Positions 1-12,545 of a DNA stretch of 49,513 nucleotides are shown here, piece by piece. The position numbers and the translations under genes are program-made. Location of the stretch: positions 1 to 49,513 of the forward strand of contig NIVC01004341.1 in the NCBI GenBank assembly GCA_002269645.1, in the 5' to 3' direction. The first letter of the stretch is position 1. Every line of letters starts with the position of its first letter. The notes beneath the pieces were generated by a model, which saw nothing but the letters and a program-made list of their open reading frames with translations, was not told the DNA's origin and searched no databases. Source of the DNA: Macrostomum lignano. Lineage: Eukaryota.

Positions 1-2480
1 CTTCGAAACCACGCTTTATGAGTGAGTCATCAATTGGAAACGTTTCTGCTGACCAGCCTCGCTTGCGAGCCTGACTTAAGCATCAGCATGGCGTGCAGCA
101 TTTCCTCCTGTAGGCAGTTACGTTCATTGGTTAAATTGGATGTCAGGAGCTTCAGCAGGCGCTCCGTGTCTGCATTACCATGTGGTAGGCCAGAGCGAGG
201 AAAGAGCCAATTTACTCAAGGTTCGATACGATTCCAGATTGCTCACACTTAACCAGAAGCCCACAATGTTGCGAGTCTCCGAAAGTGTGCAATCAAAGGT
301 GTTAATTCGGTCATAGATCCGCAGCATACGAGCTTCTGCTGCGACGGAGACCACATCTTCAGTGATTACTGTTTTCATCACCTTCGCAACTGAGACAGCA
401 TTCTCCTCAAAGAATGAATTAGCTCGAGTGCTAGGATCAAGAAAAAAGACTTCGCCGTAGTTTCGCCCTGCTTATGATTTCCAACTGGCAAATAATGCAA
501 TAGCTTGTCAACAAGTGTTAGCATAGAAGTCCTTGACATCTTTGAGAAACATCAGACTGGCACCGCTCCAATTTGAAAATGCTGCTTCGAAGTGTCTCCT
601 GGCTTGGCCGAAGGTGGTTGACAGAATTTTTTAAATCGATCTGATGCACGGCTCTGCCTTCCATGGCTTCCTTTGAGACAAAGCGGACGAGAGCAGACTT
701 GAACAGATCATCCATCTTCTGGAAAAGGGCATGAATCAGAGTTTCATTCCTTTGAAAAAGAAGTTCAAACTTCTTGCACTGCTGCAGTGGCATCCTGAAG
801 AAATTGGAGTTTCAGGAGTGTGGTCTTGTTTGCAGTCGCAAGCTTGATACGCTTTACGAGCGTAGTCGCAACTTGTTCTGCGTGTCTTCATTGGCGTCAT
901 CTGGAGCTTGGCTAAAGCTCCAAAGCAGGCCACACGACAAGAAGCCGACTAACGACTGGATGCATCTGCAACCAGCGGGTCTCGACTAGCCGGAGTAGAA
1001 AAAGTTCCGGAATTTGTACTCTCGATGAATCACTTCAATACTATTCCTTCGTTTGGCGTAGCGAAAGTAGTTGAAGAGGTCTTTGGCAAATTGCTCTACT
1101 TCTTCTCCCAGTGCAGTGACAGCATACTTGGTCGCATTGTGCACATGGTGTAGTGAGCAACCACCAGATCGAGAATATGCTGAAGGCCAGGTTCCTTTCG
1201 CAGTTTTGCGATTACACCACCTTTTCACCTCTCATGGTGTTGCAGCTGTCGCACATGATTGCAAGCAGGTTCTTAAAAGGAACACCTCTCGCAACTAAGA
1301 CGTCCTGAAGAAGTTTTTTTCAGGACTTCAGCTGTCTGCTCTGAGAGCTCATTGACACTTAAGCAAGTAGTAACGACCTCTTTCTTATCTTGATCTAAAA
1401 TAGCGCACTAGAAAGGCAACGAAGGACCTGTTACCTCTTGTCTTCTCATCGAGAAGAACGAGAATGGGCATTTTGATAGCTTCTCAATTAGCATCGCCGT
1501 AAATTCTGATTCTAGTGCTTCAATAGTCAGGTACGTCGCCTTCATCCTGCCCACAGGAAAAGTCTTGCAATCGATAAATCAGGAAACATTCACTAAAAGT
1601 AGCTGCCGTAGCCCAGCGGTAGCGCAGCTGCTCTGGTGTGCCAGCGACCCAGGCTCGATTCCAAGTGCAGTCACATTAATTTGGGGCTGAATTGGAATCT
1701 CGGCTTGGCTCTGCTGGTGCAATTGACGGCCTTGAGATCCAACCCCCAAGGCGCAGTAAAGTGTACATGCCTAACGATAATATAAAGTTAGGGCCACTGT
1801 ACACTCCTGTGTGAGTGTGTGCCTGCGTACGTATCCGCGCGCTTGTATGCCTGCTCAGGGGAGTCTGCGGAATGGGCAGCAATGCCTCTCGCCGGTTGTG
1901 TGCCAATGTCGCTTAAAGTGCGCCAGGGTGCACACAACCCCCTGCCTCTAATAAAAAAAGCTGCGGAGTCAGAGCTGGATGCAAAAGAAAAGTCGTGCTC
2001 CACCTGTCGAGTGACCCAAATGAGCTCAGACTGCAAAACATCTTTTTGGTGCTTCGTAAAATTGCTATTTGGAGTTGCTGCAAAGAAGCTTGTTACAGGC
2101 TGACATTTCGACACTTCCCGTACCAGCATGCTTGGGCGCAACCTAGGGATTCACCCGGCCGTTTCTATTGGCAACGCACACTGTCTTAGTAGTAGTCACG
2201 TAGTAGTAGTCACGTGACTGCTCTCAGCCAATAGCGACTTACATGAGTGTATTGCCAATAAAACGGCCGGGTGATTCCAAAGGTTGCGCATGTAAGCGTA
2301 CCAGGCGCTTGTGCTTCTCAGCTCTTGAGTGACTAATAAGCCGAGAGATGCCTCCCTGAGAGACATCAATGCTGGTCTTGCAGACAAAGCATTCCGCCTC
2401 TGTTTCCGTGTCAACGCGCTTGCACCAAGTCTTTATCAATGTTCCATTTGAGTCGGTCTGCTGGAGCCAATCGGACCGAA
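1..2480 (-). pseudogene. Decayed hAT-family DNA transposase with frameshifts and stops, interrupted by a SINE
   Basis: Minus-strand fragments in hAT order: BED-like zinc finger (ECFVCKTSIDVSQGG...HSRAEKH, 2239-2439), MFPD..IA..FSCG..KATY-like segment (~1540-1590), CxxH motif (GCSLHHVHNA, 986-1228), and dimerisation region (FWLSV...LSKLAL...NADTER, ~130-380). Confidence 0.8.
1605..2210 (+). mobile_element. tRNA-derived SINE-like insertion inside the hAT pseudogene
   Basis: tRNA-like head with A box (TAGCCCAGCGG) and B box (GGCTCGATTCC) at ~1605-1670, and an (AGT)n tail at ~2188-2210. Transposase homology stops on one side and resumes on the other. Confidence 0.65.
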
Positions 2481-3162
2481 ATTTTGTTTTCGCTCATAAC
2501 AATTATTCTGAAATTGAGGCACATAATTAGTCCCAAGTGCCAAGTCAGGTGGCTAATTACTGAATTTTGATTGCAAGATAAGGACCTTTGCTCAAAGCAC
2601 TCTAAGGCTTCTAGCATTGCAATAATGTAATTTTGTTCCTTTACAGTTTTTTGCACATTTAAAATAGAATACTAATAATTCCTCTTAAGTAGTATATATT
2701 GCTTTTTATATAATGTATGTATTTATGTGTGTATAAAAGTCATTTGGATGTAAAAAATCGACTCAACACGGAGGGCTGATGAAAATAAGACGTAGGGGTG
2801 GCATTTCTACTTTAATTGGTAATTGATTCGAAAATTAACTATTGAAGAAATCAGAGACCCACTTGAATTGTACTATTTCTCTCCCTTTTATGGTATTTGT
2901 ACCGGCTATTTTAAATTTAATTTGCTAAAGTGCACTGTTTCTACCTATCTGCTAGATTAAATGTATCGAAATGCAGAATTTGATTGCAGTTAAGCCCTAT
3001 TACTAAAATAATGATAGACTATGGATTCTCTGCATTCTCCTTTCCTGCTACTATGCGTACGTTCTGTTTTCATTCTCTATCTGCAATTGGCGAGTCTCAT
3101 TGGCGTTTCTCCCACCCCCCCTCCCTCCTGCCCTGTCTCTCTCCAATGCCTGCTCTGGTTAG

Positions 3163-3651
3163 AACGGCTCAAAAGGTTTGTGCAGCGAGCCGGTCGAGTC
3201 TCCGCGACCCGAGCCGCCGCCTCCGCCGCCGCCGCCACCTGACAGGCGCTACGACCCGGCTAATTACTCTCTGCGCCTGCGGCAGCTCAGCAGCAACACT
3301 AGCGGCGGCCCTACAGCAGCACCTGCTGGCATTCCCAACGGCAAGCGCCAGCCGCCTCCACCGCCGCCCCCACCGCCTCAGCAGCAGCAGCAGCAGCAGC
3401 ATCGCGTGATCACGCCATCAAATTTTCACGCCCCACCGCCTGCAGCCGTTCTGGCAGCCATGGCCGAGGAAACTCTCATGGCTGCCGCTGCAGCCGCCGC
3501 TGCCGCAGCTTCAAACAACGACGGGAAGCGTCGTCATAGCAACGGATCGTTCGAAGGTGACAAACCCGTACCGCCGGACGTGTCGCTGATTAATAGCAGG
3601 CACTACGGCTCCACGTCGAGTCTGGAGGCGTTGCAGAAGACTATGAGCAAG
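3163..3651 (+). CDS. SIPA1L: SIPA1L/SPAR-like Rap GTPase-activating protein, exon 1 (start uncertain: acceptor at 3162 or ATG at 3460)
   Basis: Pro/Gln/Ala-rich ORF with HYGSTSSL, matching the YGSTSSI motif of SIPA1L proteins; donor AAG|GTTTGC at 3651/3652, phase 0. Confidence 0.7.
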
Positions 3652-3745
3652 GTTTGCGCTTTCAATTGGTGTTTTTCTTAAGTGGGTGGTAAATATGGGG
3701 ATGGAAAACTCCGGCCTGCGAAGCCTCTCTATCTGGCCTTCCAGT

Positions 3746-4482
3746 GCCTGCGCGTGAAAAGTGGTTTAGTGAGAGAGAGGAACGGTCATAGACAACAACA
3801 ACAACAAGGGTTGGGGTAACTCCTGGGGTTCACGAGAGGCAGTCAAAGTCATCAGCCGAGGGCCTGCGCGTGAAAAGTGGTTTAGTGAGAGAGGAACGGC
3901 CATAGACAACAACAGCAAGGGTTGGGGTAACTCCATGGATGAAGGAATAAAAAGGATCGCTCAACTGAAAGCGAGTCTATGGCCAAAACGTCCCAAAAAT
4001 TTGGGATACCCCCCATGAATTTCATTGGCTGATGGAATTTAATAATAGTACCCCCTAAGTTCCTACTAGCTGAAGCTTGTACGCGAAGGAAATTCCAAAT
4101 CCAAAGTCACGATTAACGTTAGACATCTTTAACTTCCTCTGGGCCACGACGGCTTAAGGGAAAGAAATTAGCATTTCCCCCGAGTACAAGCTTCAGCCAT
4201 TAAGAACTTAGGGGAGACTTATTAAATTCCAGCAGCCAATAAAATTCATGAGGGGAAATATCCCAATTTTTAGAAAGTCTTGGCCATAGACTCGCTTTCA
4301 GATGAGCGATCCTTTCTATTCCTTCATCCATGGGTAACTCCTGGAGTTCACGAGAGACAGTCAAAATCATCAGCCGAGGGCCTGCGCGTGAAAAGTGGTT
4401 TAGAGAAAGGAATGGCCATAAACAACAGCAAGGGTTGGGGTAACTCGTGCGGTTCACGAGAGACAGTCAAAGTCATCAGCCT
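3746..4482. repeat. Three tandem ~116-bp repeats; the second carries a foldback insertion
   Basis: GCCTGCGCGTGAAAAGTGGTTTAG...GGGTTGGGGTAACTC...TTCACGAGA...CAAAGTCATCAGCC recurs at ~3746, ~3862 and ~4380. Confidence 0.85.
3934..4332. mobile_element. MITE/foldback element with ~160-bp imperfect TIRs and a target-site duplication
   Basis: CATGGATGAAGGAATA... at 3934 is inverted at ...TATTCCTTCATCCATG 4332. GGTAACTC flanks both sides (3926-3933, 4333-4340). The empty site GGGGTAACTCCTGG is visible in the first repeat copy (~3814-3827). Confidence 0.85.
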
Positions 4483-5115
4483 GCAATAATGCTTGTGGCT
4501 AGACCATGTGGCTCTTGTACTATCTTGTCTCCATTGTTGAATGTACGTACAAGCGTATATTGGATTTTTCTTGCACAAAGCAGAATGGGGAGGCTTCGGA
4601 ATAAGCGAGCTAGATCTAGAAGCAGACACGAGCAGGTAGCAATTAAATAGATTGAGTATCCCCCTCTCGAGTATGTAGCAGGTGCTGCGCAAGGCTTCTG
4701 GAGCGACCGAGGGAAAAATATCACGGCGGGGAAGCTATACAGTCAGATCCTGCTGATAAAGCGCGTAATTTCTCTGTGTAGCCTTCTTCCTGTTAGTGAG
4801 TTTGCCTTTGTGTTCCCAACAGTAACAAGACTGACTGATTAATCTTCAAATACTTTCTAGGTCTGCATCCGTTTGACTCGGCCTGTTCGACTAAAAGGGG
4901 GGGGGGTCGCTAGGGAAGCTAGAAATTCAGTCAGTCAAGTCCGCTTGCTCAGCAGCTAGCTTTTTACTTTATGTCTGAGGGATTGCAGGACTACAGTATG
5001 CAAGTTATTAATTGAAAATGGCTTGCGAATAATTATAAGCACACAATATAGATCGATTGATGTATCGATATAATACACCGAATAGTTCGCTACTAGGTAC
5101 GTAGGACAAACCATA

Positions 5116-5590
5116 AACAGAGCAGATGGATATGTACACACGAGATGGATATATACATACAGAAGATGGATATATACATACAGAAGATGGATATATACAT
5201 ACAGAAGATGGATATATACATACAGAAGATAGACCTATGCACAAAGTAGATGAATATATACACAATATGGATATATGCATACACAAGATGGATATATACA
5301 TACAGAAGATAGACCTATGCACAAAGTAGATGGATATATATACACAATATGGATATATACATACACAAGATGGATATATACATACACAAGATGGATATAT
5401 ACATATAGAAGATGGATATATACATACAGAAGATGGATATATACATACAGAAGATGGATATATACATATAGAAGATGGATATATACATACAGAAGATGGA
5501 AATATACACACCAAAGATGGATATATACACGCAACAGATGGGTATGCACACTGCATGTGGATATATACACGCAGTAGATGGATATATGCT
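5116..5590. repeat. 21-bp minisatellite (AGATGGATATATACATACAGA)
   Basis: Direct tandem periodicity; located in intron 1. Confidence 0.95.
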
Positions 5591-5683
5591 AAGAAATGAG
5601 TGCAGTTACGAGTAATAGATGTCAGTAAGCCCGAATAAATGCACCCAAGCCAGCCGCAGCTTCTCACCCGCAATCCACGCCAG

Positions 5684-7010
5684 GTTCGCATATCCGACGA
5701 TGTCTCTATTGAGCCTAATAGGCAGCCGCCTTCCCAGCATCTGCGCAATTCCCAACAACAGAAGCAGCAGCAGCAGCATCAACAGCATAGCAAGCTGGGT
5801 TCTCAGCAGCAACACCAGCAGCAGCAGTTGCTGAGCCCCTCCCGACCCGAGCAAGCCAAAGCCGGCAGTTTCAGCCTGTTTAAAAGCTTTCGCAAGAATA
5901 ATTCTCTAAGCGAATTGGAGACTCCGGCTAGTCAGGCCAGGGCCAGGCAGCTGTTCGCCCACTGGGACTGCCAGAGCGCCGCATGGCGCGCCGAGGACCT
6001 CCTCGCTGCTGCCGCTGTCGCCTCCAGTTCCGCTGCCGCCGCCGCCGCTGCGGCCACTGCAGCTGTTGATGGCTCCGGCGATTATAGCGCTGGCTTCGGC
6101 GGCGGCGGCGGTTCAACATCGTCTGGTGCGGCGTCTCCACTGCAGCCTCAGCAGCAGCCCCATCCTGGTGGCAAGCAGTCGCCGCAGCTGCCGCCGCCGC
6201 CTCCTGCGCAGCCGCAGCCGCCTAAGCGTCGCAACACGGGCGCTTCAGCCGCCGCCGTTGCTCAGGCCAGCGAAGACGGCGGCGACGAGACCAGCGGAGG
6301 CTGCGGTCGCTCCTCGGATGATTCCAGTGCAGTCGGCGGCAGCAACGGCGGAGCAGGCGGCAGCTGCGGCCTGCTGCTCCGCTGTCCGCACTTCGTTAAC
6401 GAGCTTGGCGGCGAGCCAGTCCGAGTCTGCGCCCACACCCGCCTGACCTGCTCGCGTGTCTACGCGGCCTCCGCTGTGCCGCCGCCCCAGCAGCTCCTGC
6501 TGCCGCCGTCGGCCAATTCAGCCTGCATGCTAGCCCAGCCGCTGCCCGGACACTGTCCGGAATTCGCAGACCTTGGCGCCTGCTATTACAGGCAGCATTT
6601 CCGTACATTCGACGATCACACTAATTGGTTCGGTCAGGACCCGGACCTGGGACCCCTGGCTGTCAGCCTGCGCCGGGAGAAGATCAGCAGCCAGGATGGG
6701 CAGTACTCCGGTCACCTGTGGCGCGTCATCATTCGGAGCGGCGAGTTGCGAGCACTGCGCGGCTGCATCCTAGAGGAGGCGGTGCCAACCCACAGTCGCT
6801 ATTCGGCTAACAAGGGCCTGCCGCCGCGCGACGTGCTGCACTTTGTGGCTCCCCAGCTGCCGCTGTCCTGCCTGCACCTGGGCCGGTCGGAGCCGCGCGT
6901 CTGGGACGATCTAGTGGCTATAGATGAACAGGTGCTAATTAATAAAATCAAAGTTGGCGTGCTGTTGTGCAAGGCTGGGCAGTCAACAGAAGAGGAAATG
7001 TATAATAATG
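5684..7010 (+). CDS. SIPA1L: SIPA1L-like exon 2 (N-terminal extension and start of the Rap-GAP domain)
   Basis: Acceptor ...CCACGCCAG|GTT (phase 0); motifs CPHFVNELGGE, GACYYRQHF, HTNWFGQDPDLGPLAVSLRRE, KIKVGVLLCKAGQSTEEEMYNN; donor AATG|GTGAG. Confidence 0.93.
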
Positions 7011-7088
7011 GTGAGATTGTTTAAACTTCTTTACCTGCCAGTTTTGCTCAATTCATGGACCTCTGGAGATCTGGACTGGACTCAACCG

Positions 7089-7715
7089 GGGATTGTAGCC
7101 TAGTGGTTAGAGCGTCAGACTCGCGACTGAAAGGTCGGGAGTTCGATTCTCGACCCACTCGCTCGGAACAATCTGTGTCCTTGAGCAAGAACCATCTCGT
7201 CAATACATTTTGCAGGGGTTTGCAGTCTAGTAGGGGTTTGCAGTCTAGTAGGGGTTTGCAGCCTAGTAGGGGTTTGCAGTCTAGTAGGGGGTTTGCAGTC
7301 TAGTAGGGGGTTGCAGTCTAGTAGGGGTTTGCAGTCTAGTAGGGGGTTGCAGTCTAGTAGGGGGTTGCAGTCTAGTAGGGGTTTGCAGTCTAGTAGGGGG
7401 TTGCAGTCTAGTAGGGGTTTGCAGTCTAGTAAGGGTTTGCAGTCTAGTAGGGGTTTGCAGTCTGGTAGGAGGTTGCTGTCTAGTAGGGGGTTGGTAACTG
7501 AGGGTGTGTGTGGCGACCCCCCAGTCCTTGGACTGAACAGCCGTACGCTGATATTATCAGCCGAAAACCTTACTATCGGAGGAGGCCTAAATGGTGAATA
7601 TGTGCAGGGCCGGCTTCCAATCCAGGTCTTTAGCTGTAGAGGTCCGTGATCTAATATTTGTCCTCCGCTTCTTTTCGTGCCAACGGTGCACCGTCTTATC
7701 AATTAATCAATAAAT
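7089..7715 (+). mobile_element. tRNA-derived SINE with CORE/V-like domain, its middle replaced by an 18-bp minisatellite
   Basis: tRNA-like head with A and B boxes (7089-7160), TGTGTCCTTGAGCAAG, and body GTGTGTGGCGACCCCCAGTCCTTGGACTGAACAGCCGTACGC shared with the copy at 25223-25540. 3' end approximate. Confidence 0.75.
7214..7495. repeat. 18-bp minisatellite (TTTGCAGTCTAGTAGGGG)
   Basis: Direct tandem periodicity inside the SINE. Confidence 0.95.
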
Positions 7716-7726
7716 CGATGTTTCAG

Positions 7727-7825
7727 AGCACACGAGCCCAGCTCTGGAGGAATTTATGGAACTAATTGCTACTAAAGTTTCGTTGAAAAATTTCGACAAA
7801 TTCAAAGGCGGCTTGGACTCGAAGT
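7727..7825 (+). CDS. SIPA1L: SIPA1L-like exon 3 (Rap-GAP)
   Basis: TTTCAG| acceptor, phase 1; reads (E)HTSPALEEFMELIATKVSLKNFDKFKGGLDSK; donor |GTGAGT. Not in the ORF track. Confidence 0.92.
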
Positions 7826-8524
7826 GTGAGTATAAGACTTGGCGTGACGCAAATGTGGGACCGCTGCTCCTACAAACGCTGTATACAGAGGGGTCTAGTT
7901 CTGAGCATATATGAGCGGGGAAAAGGGCCGCAAATAATCTCCGACCCTAGCAACACGGGGGGATTTATTAATCCTTTTGACTTCATTCTCTTTTTCTTCA
8001 TCAGTGGCAGCAGAATGCTCCTCACACACACACATGCGTCTCCCTCTCTCCAGCCGACAAAGGAAAACGCGGGGGAGGGAGTGAGATTAAGGCGGGGCAA
8101 ATGCAGGGCAGGTAAGAATGCGGGATGAGCTGAGAAAGGGAAGGAAGAGAACTGAGTGGGGATTTTCGAATGCGGACTTGCGGTACGCGGGCGGGCATCT
8201 GCGTGTAGGGAAGAGAGCTCGGGGTGTTTCGGCGTGTCAGTTTTCTTCTCGCCCTGATTTCAGCGGCGGCTGCTGTAAGACAGAAAGAGACGGTAAGGCA
8301 GGGATGCGGGGTACACAGAGGCTGAACGCTCGCTTCTCTATCTGCAGCCGATTCTCCGCCTCAGTTTGCCGGTTTTGCTATTAACAGATTTCTAGTCTTG
8401 CTTTCGCATAGCTCTCCCCATTGCTTGCATGGGGGAAATGTTTTATACATTGCTTTGCTACTTGAATTTTGCTACTGCGATAGTCTGTTTTGGGAAAGAG
8501 AGCTCTCTGCTTTGCTCTGCGCCA

Positions 8525-9935
8525 TCTCTGTCTGTCCGTCTGCCTGTCTAATCTACCTGTCTGTGCCTGATCTACCTGTCTGTGTGCCTGATCTACCTGT
8601 CTGTGTTCCTGATCTACCGGTCTGTGTGCCTGATCTACCTGTCTGTGTGCCTGATCTACCTGTCTGTGTGCCTGATCTACCTGTCTGTGCCTGATCTACC
8701 TGTCTGTGTGCCTGATCTACCTGTCTGTGCCTGATCTACCTGTCTGTGTTCCTGATCTACCTGTCTGTGTTCCTGATCTACCTGTCTGTGTTCCTGATCT
8801 ACCTGTCTGTGTACCTGATTTACCTGTCTGTGTTCCTGATCTACCTGTCTGTGCCTGATATACCTGTCTGTGTGCCTGATCTACCTGTATGTGTGCCTGA
8901 TCTACCTGTCTGTGCCTGATCTACCTGTCTGTGCCTGATCTACCTGTATGTGTGCCTGATCTACCTGTCTGTGTGCCTGATCTACCTGTCTGTGTTCCTG
9001 ATCTACCTGTCTGTGTGCCTGATCTACCGGTCTGTGTGCCTGATCTACCTGTCTGTGCCTGATCTACCTGTCTGTGTGCCTGATCTACCTGTCTGTGTGC
9101 CTGATCTACCTGTCTGTGTTCCTGATCTACCTGTCTGTGTTCCTGATCTACCTGTCTGTGTTCCTGATCTACCTGTCTGTGTTCCTGATCTACCTGTCTG
9201 TGTGCCTGATCTACCTGTCTGTGCGCCTGATCTACCGGTCTGTGTGCCTGATCTACCTGTCTGTGTTCCTGATCTACCTGTCTCTGTGCCTGATCTACCT
9301 GTCTGTGTTCCTGATCTACCTGTCTCTGTGCCTGATCTACCTGTCTGTGTTCCTGATCTACCTGTCTGTGCGCCTGATCTACCGGTCTGTGTGCCTGATC
9401 TACCTGTCTGTGTGCCTGATCTACCTGTCTGTGTTCCTGATCTACCTGTCTGTGTGCCTGATCTACCGGTCTGTGTGCCTGATCTACCTGTCTGTGTGCC
9501 TGATCTACCTGTCTGTGTTCCTGATCTACCTGTCTGTGCGCCTGATCTACCGGTCTGTGTGCCTGATCTACCTGTCTGTGTTCCTGATCTACCTGTTTGT
9601 GTGCCTGATCTACCTGTCTGTGTTCCTGATCTACCTGTCTGTGTGCCTGATCTACCTGTCTGTGTTCCTGATCTACCTGTCTGTGCGCCTGATCTACCGG
9701 TCTGTGTGCCTGATCTACCTGTCTGTGTGCCTGATCTACCTGTCTGTGTTCCTGATCTACCTGTCTGTGCGCCTGATCTACCGGTCTGTGTGCCTGATCT
9801 ACCTGTCTGTGTTCCTGATCTACCTGTTTGTGTGCCTGATCTACCTGTCTGTGTTCCTGATCTACCTGTCTGTGTGCCTGATCTACCTGTCTGTGTTCCT
9901 GATCTACCTGTCTGTGTTCCTGATCTACCTGCCTG
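8525..9935. repeat. 19-21-bp minisatellite (GTGCCTGATCTACCTGTCTGT)
   Basis: About 1.4 kb of tandem copies in intron 3. Confidence 0.97.
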
Positions 9936-10724
9936 TATCTCTCATTTCGGCCCGTAACAGTGACTTCAAAGGATTATATGGGAATGCCTTATCTGATGTA
10001 AATGTCGGGGATCAGCTCAAAATAATACGCCTACGAGCAGCGAGAAGTTTAGTTTTAGTTTTTTTATTTAAAATAAAGTTACAACCAAGATTTCTAATAT
10101 TAACACGAACAGAGAGGCAGATTTTTCTGCCGAACTAATGAGCACGAGATATCCGCGTGGCTCTCTAGAGAACAGTTAAAGTCATAAATTAGTTGGCCTT
10201 ATTGTCAAATTTGTACTTTTATTTACATATATAGACTCTCGGTCTGTTGCCGGCAGGAGATGGCCAAGTAATTATCGTGCAGTGGATAGCAGTTCCTCAT
10301 TTTTGTCAGTTTTCTCTCTATGTACAGGTTTTATAATCCCGTGACAGAAAGAAGATGTTTTGCTGATGGAGAATGGAAAGTTTAGCAGGGAGTTGGCCTA
10401 ACTAGGCAATGCATATATATACAGGCTATGAGACGCTGTGCGCCTCTTTCCCAACCGGTTGCTTCTCCCAACTACAATCGTCTCCTAGCATTAGCATTGG
10501 GAAGGTTAGGAATTAATAAGCGCACTATTTTTCTATGCCGCCAATGACTTTTCCTAATGATTTTTATTGATTATATAATGTAGCACTTGTATAGCAACTG
10601 GAATTGGGCGCAAGTCTGAGTCTGTCCTATTTTAATTTCTCGTCTACCGATCCCAGGTCCTCTACTAATCAATGAAATATTTCACATTTCCTTTGCACTC
10701 TCGTGCACTCTCGTGCCATCTCTT

Positions 10725-11575
10725 GTCTTACTCTACCCTCTCCCGTGTTCCTCTACCCTCTCCCGTGTTGCTTTACCCTCTCCCGTGTTCCTCTACCCTC
10801 TCCCGTGTTCCTCTACCCTCTCCCGTGTTGCTTTACCCTCTCCCGTGTTCCTCTACCCTCTCCCGTGTTCCTCTACCCTCTCCCGTGTTCCTCTACCCTC
10901 TCCGTGTTCCTCTACCCTCTCCCGTGTTCCTCTACCCTCTCCCGTGTTCCTCTACCCTCTCCCGTGTTCCTCTACCCTCTCCCGTGTTCCTCTACCCTCT
11001 CCGTGTTCCTCTACCCTCTCCCGTGTTCCTCTACCCTCTCCCGTGTTCCTCTACCCTCTCCCGTGTTCCTCTACCCTCTCCCGTGTTCCTCTACCCTCTC
11101 CGTGTTCCTCTACCCTCTCCCGTGTTCCTCTACCCTCTCCCGTGTTCCTCTACCCTCTCCCGTGTTCCTCTACCCTCTCCCGTGTTCCTCTACCCTCTCC
11201 CGTGTTCCTCTACCCTCTCCGTGTTCCTCTACCCTCTCCCGTGTTCCTCTACCCTCTCCCGTGTTGCTTTACCCTCTCCCGTGTTCCTCTACCCTCTCCC
11301 GTGTTCCTCTACCCTCTCCCGTGTTGCTTTACCCTCTCCCGTGTTCCTCTACCCTCTCCCGTGTTCCTCTACCCTCTCCCGTGTTCCTCTACCCTCTCCG
11401 TGTTCCTCTACCCTCTCCCGTGTTCCTCTACCCTCTCCCGTGTTCCTCTACCCTCTCCCGTGTTCCTCTACCCTCTCCCGTGTTCCTCTACCCTCTCCGT
11501 GTTCCTCTACCCTCTCCCGTGTTCCTCTACCCTCTCCCGTGTTCCTCTACCCTCTCCCGTGTTCCTCTACCCTCT
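10725..11575. repeat. 20-bp minisatellite (CTCTACCCTCTCCCGTGTTC)
   Basis: Tandem copies in intron 3. Confidence 0.97.
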
Positions 11576-11688
11576 ACTGCTTTCCTGTACCCTCCTGCCT
11601 TTTTTACCCTCTACCGTTTTCATTTGCCCTCCTGCCTTCCACTCTACTCTCTACACTGAACTGTCACACCAAACCGTCACACCTACAG

Positions 11689-12079
11689 GCACAGGCGATT
11701 ACACTTATTATACTACTATGGGCGACTGCGAGCTGGTATTCCACGTGTCCACCATGCTGCCCTATTCAAATACTAACCGGCAGCAGCTGCTGCGCAAGAA
11801 GCACATCGGTAACGATATCGTTACTATAGTGTTCCAGGAGCCGGGGGCTCTGGCGTTCTCTCCTAGGACGGTTCGCAGCCAGTTCCAGCACGTGTTCATT
11901 GTGGTCCGGGCGCACAACCCCTGCACTAAGAAGCTCTACTATTCGGTGGCCGTAGCCCGCTCAGAGGAGATGCCGGCGTTTGGGCCGCCGTTCTCAGCCG
12001 GGCACCAGTTCGCCAGGGAGCCAGCGTTCAGAGAGTTCCTCCTGCGCAAGATCATCAACGGGGAGAACGCCGCGTTCAG
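11689..12079 (+). CDS. SIPA1L: SIPA1L-like exon 4 (Rap-GAP catalytic core)
   Basis: FHVSTMLPY...[22 protein letters not shown]...FQHVFIVVR...INGENAAF, including the GND asparagine-thumb motif; acceptor CCTACAG|, donor TTCAG|GTGAC. Confidence 0.95.
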
Positions 12080-12099
12080 GTGACTTGGAGTCGGGAACT

Positions 12100-12210
12100 A
12101 AGACAGACAGACAGCGGAGTACAGAGAGACACAGACAGACAGACAGAGGAGTACAGAGACAGACAGACAGACAGACACAGACAGGCAAACAGACAGGCAG
12201 ACAGACAGAC

Positions 12211-12243
<33 letters not shown>

Positions 12244-12324
12244 GACAGACAGGCAGACAGACAGACACAGACAGACAGACACAGACAGACAGACAGGCAG
12301 ACAGACAGACACAGACAGACAGAC

Positions 12325-12359
<35 letters not shown>

Positions 12360-12372
12360 CAGACAGACAGAC

Positions 12373-12403
<31 letters not shown>

Positions 12404-12545
12404 GGCAGGCAGACAGACAGACAGACAGGCAGGCAGCAGACAGACAGACAGACAGACAGACAGACAGGCAGGCAGGCAGACAGACAGACAGACAGACAGG
12501 CAGGCAGACAGACAGACACACAGACAGACAGACAGACACTGAACA
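12100..12545. repeat. (ACAG)n microsatellite
   Basis: Tetranucleotide run in intron 4. Confidence 0.97.

Noticed and set aside
7055-7095. GLDSTG peptide as the missing Rap-GAP segment
   Set aside because: It lies upstream of exon 3, in the wrong order, and abuts a SINE head; likely coincidence.
7089-7160. tRNA gene (also 1605-1670 and ~25470-25540)
   Set aside because: Poor acceptor-stem pairing and direct continuation into SINE body sequence.
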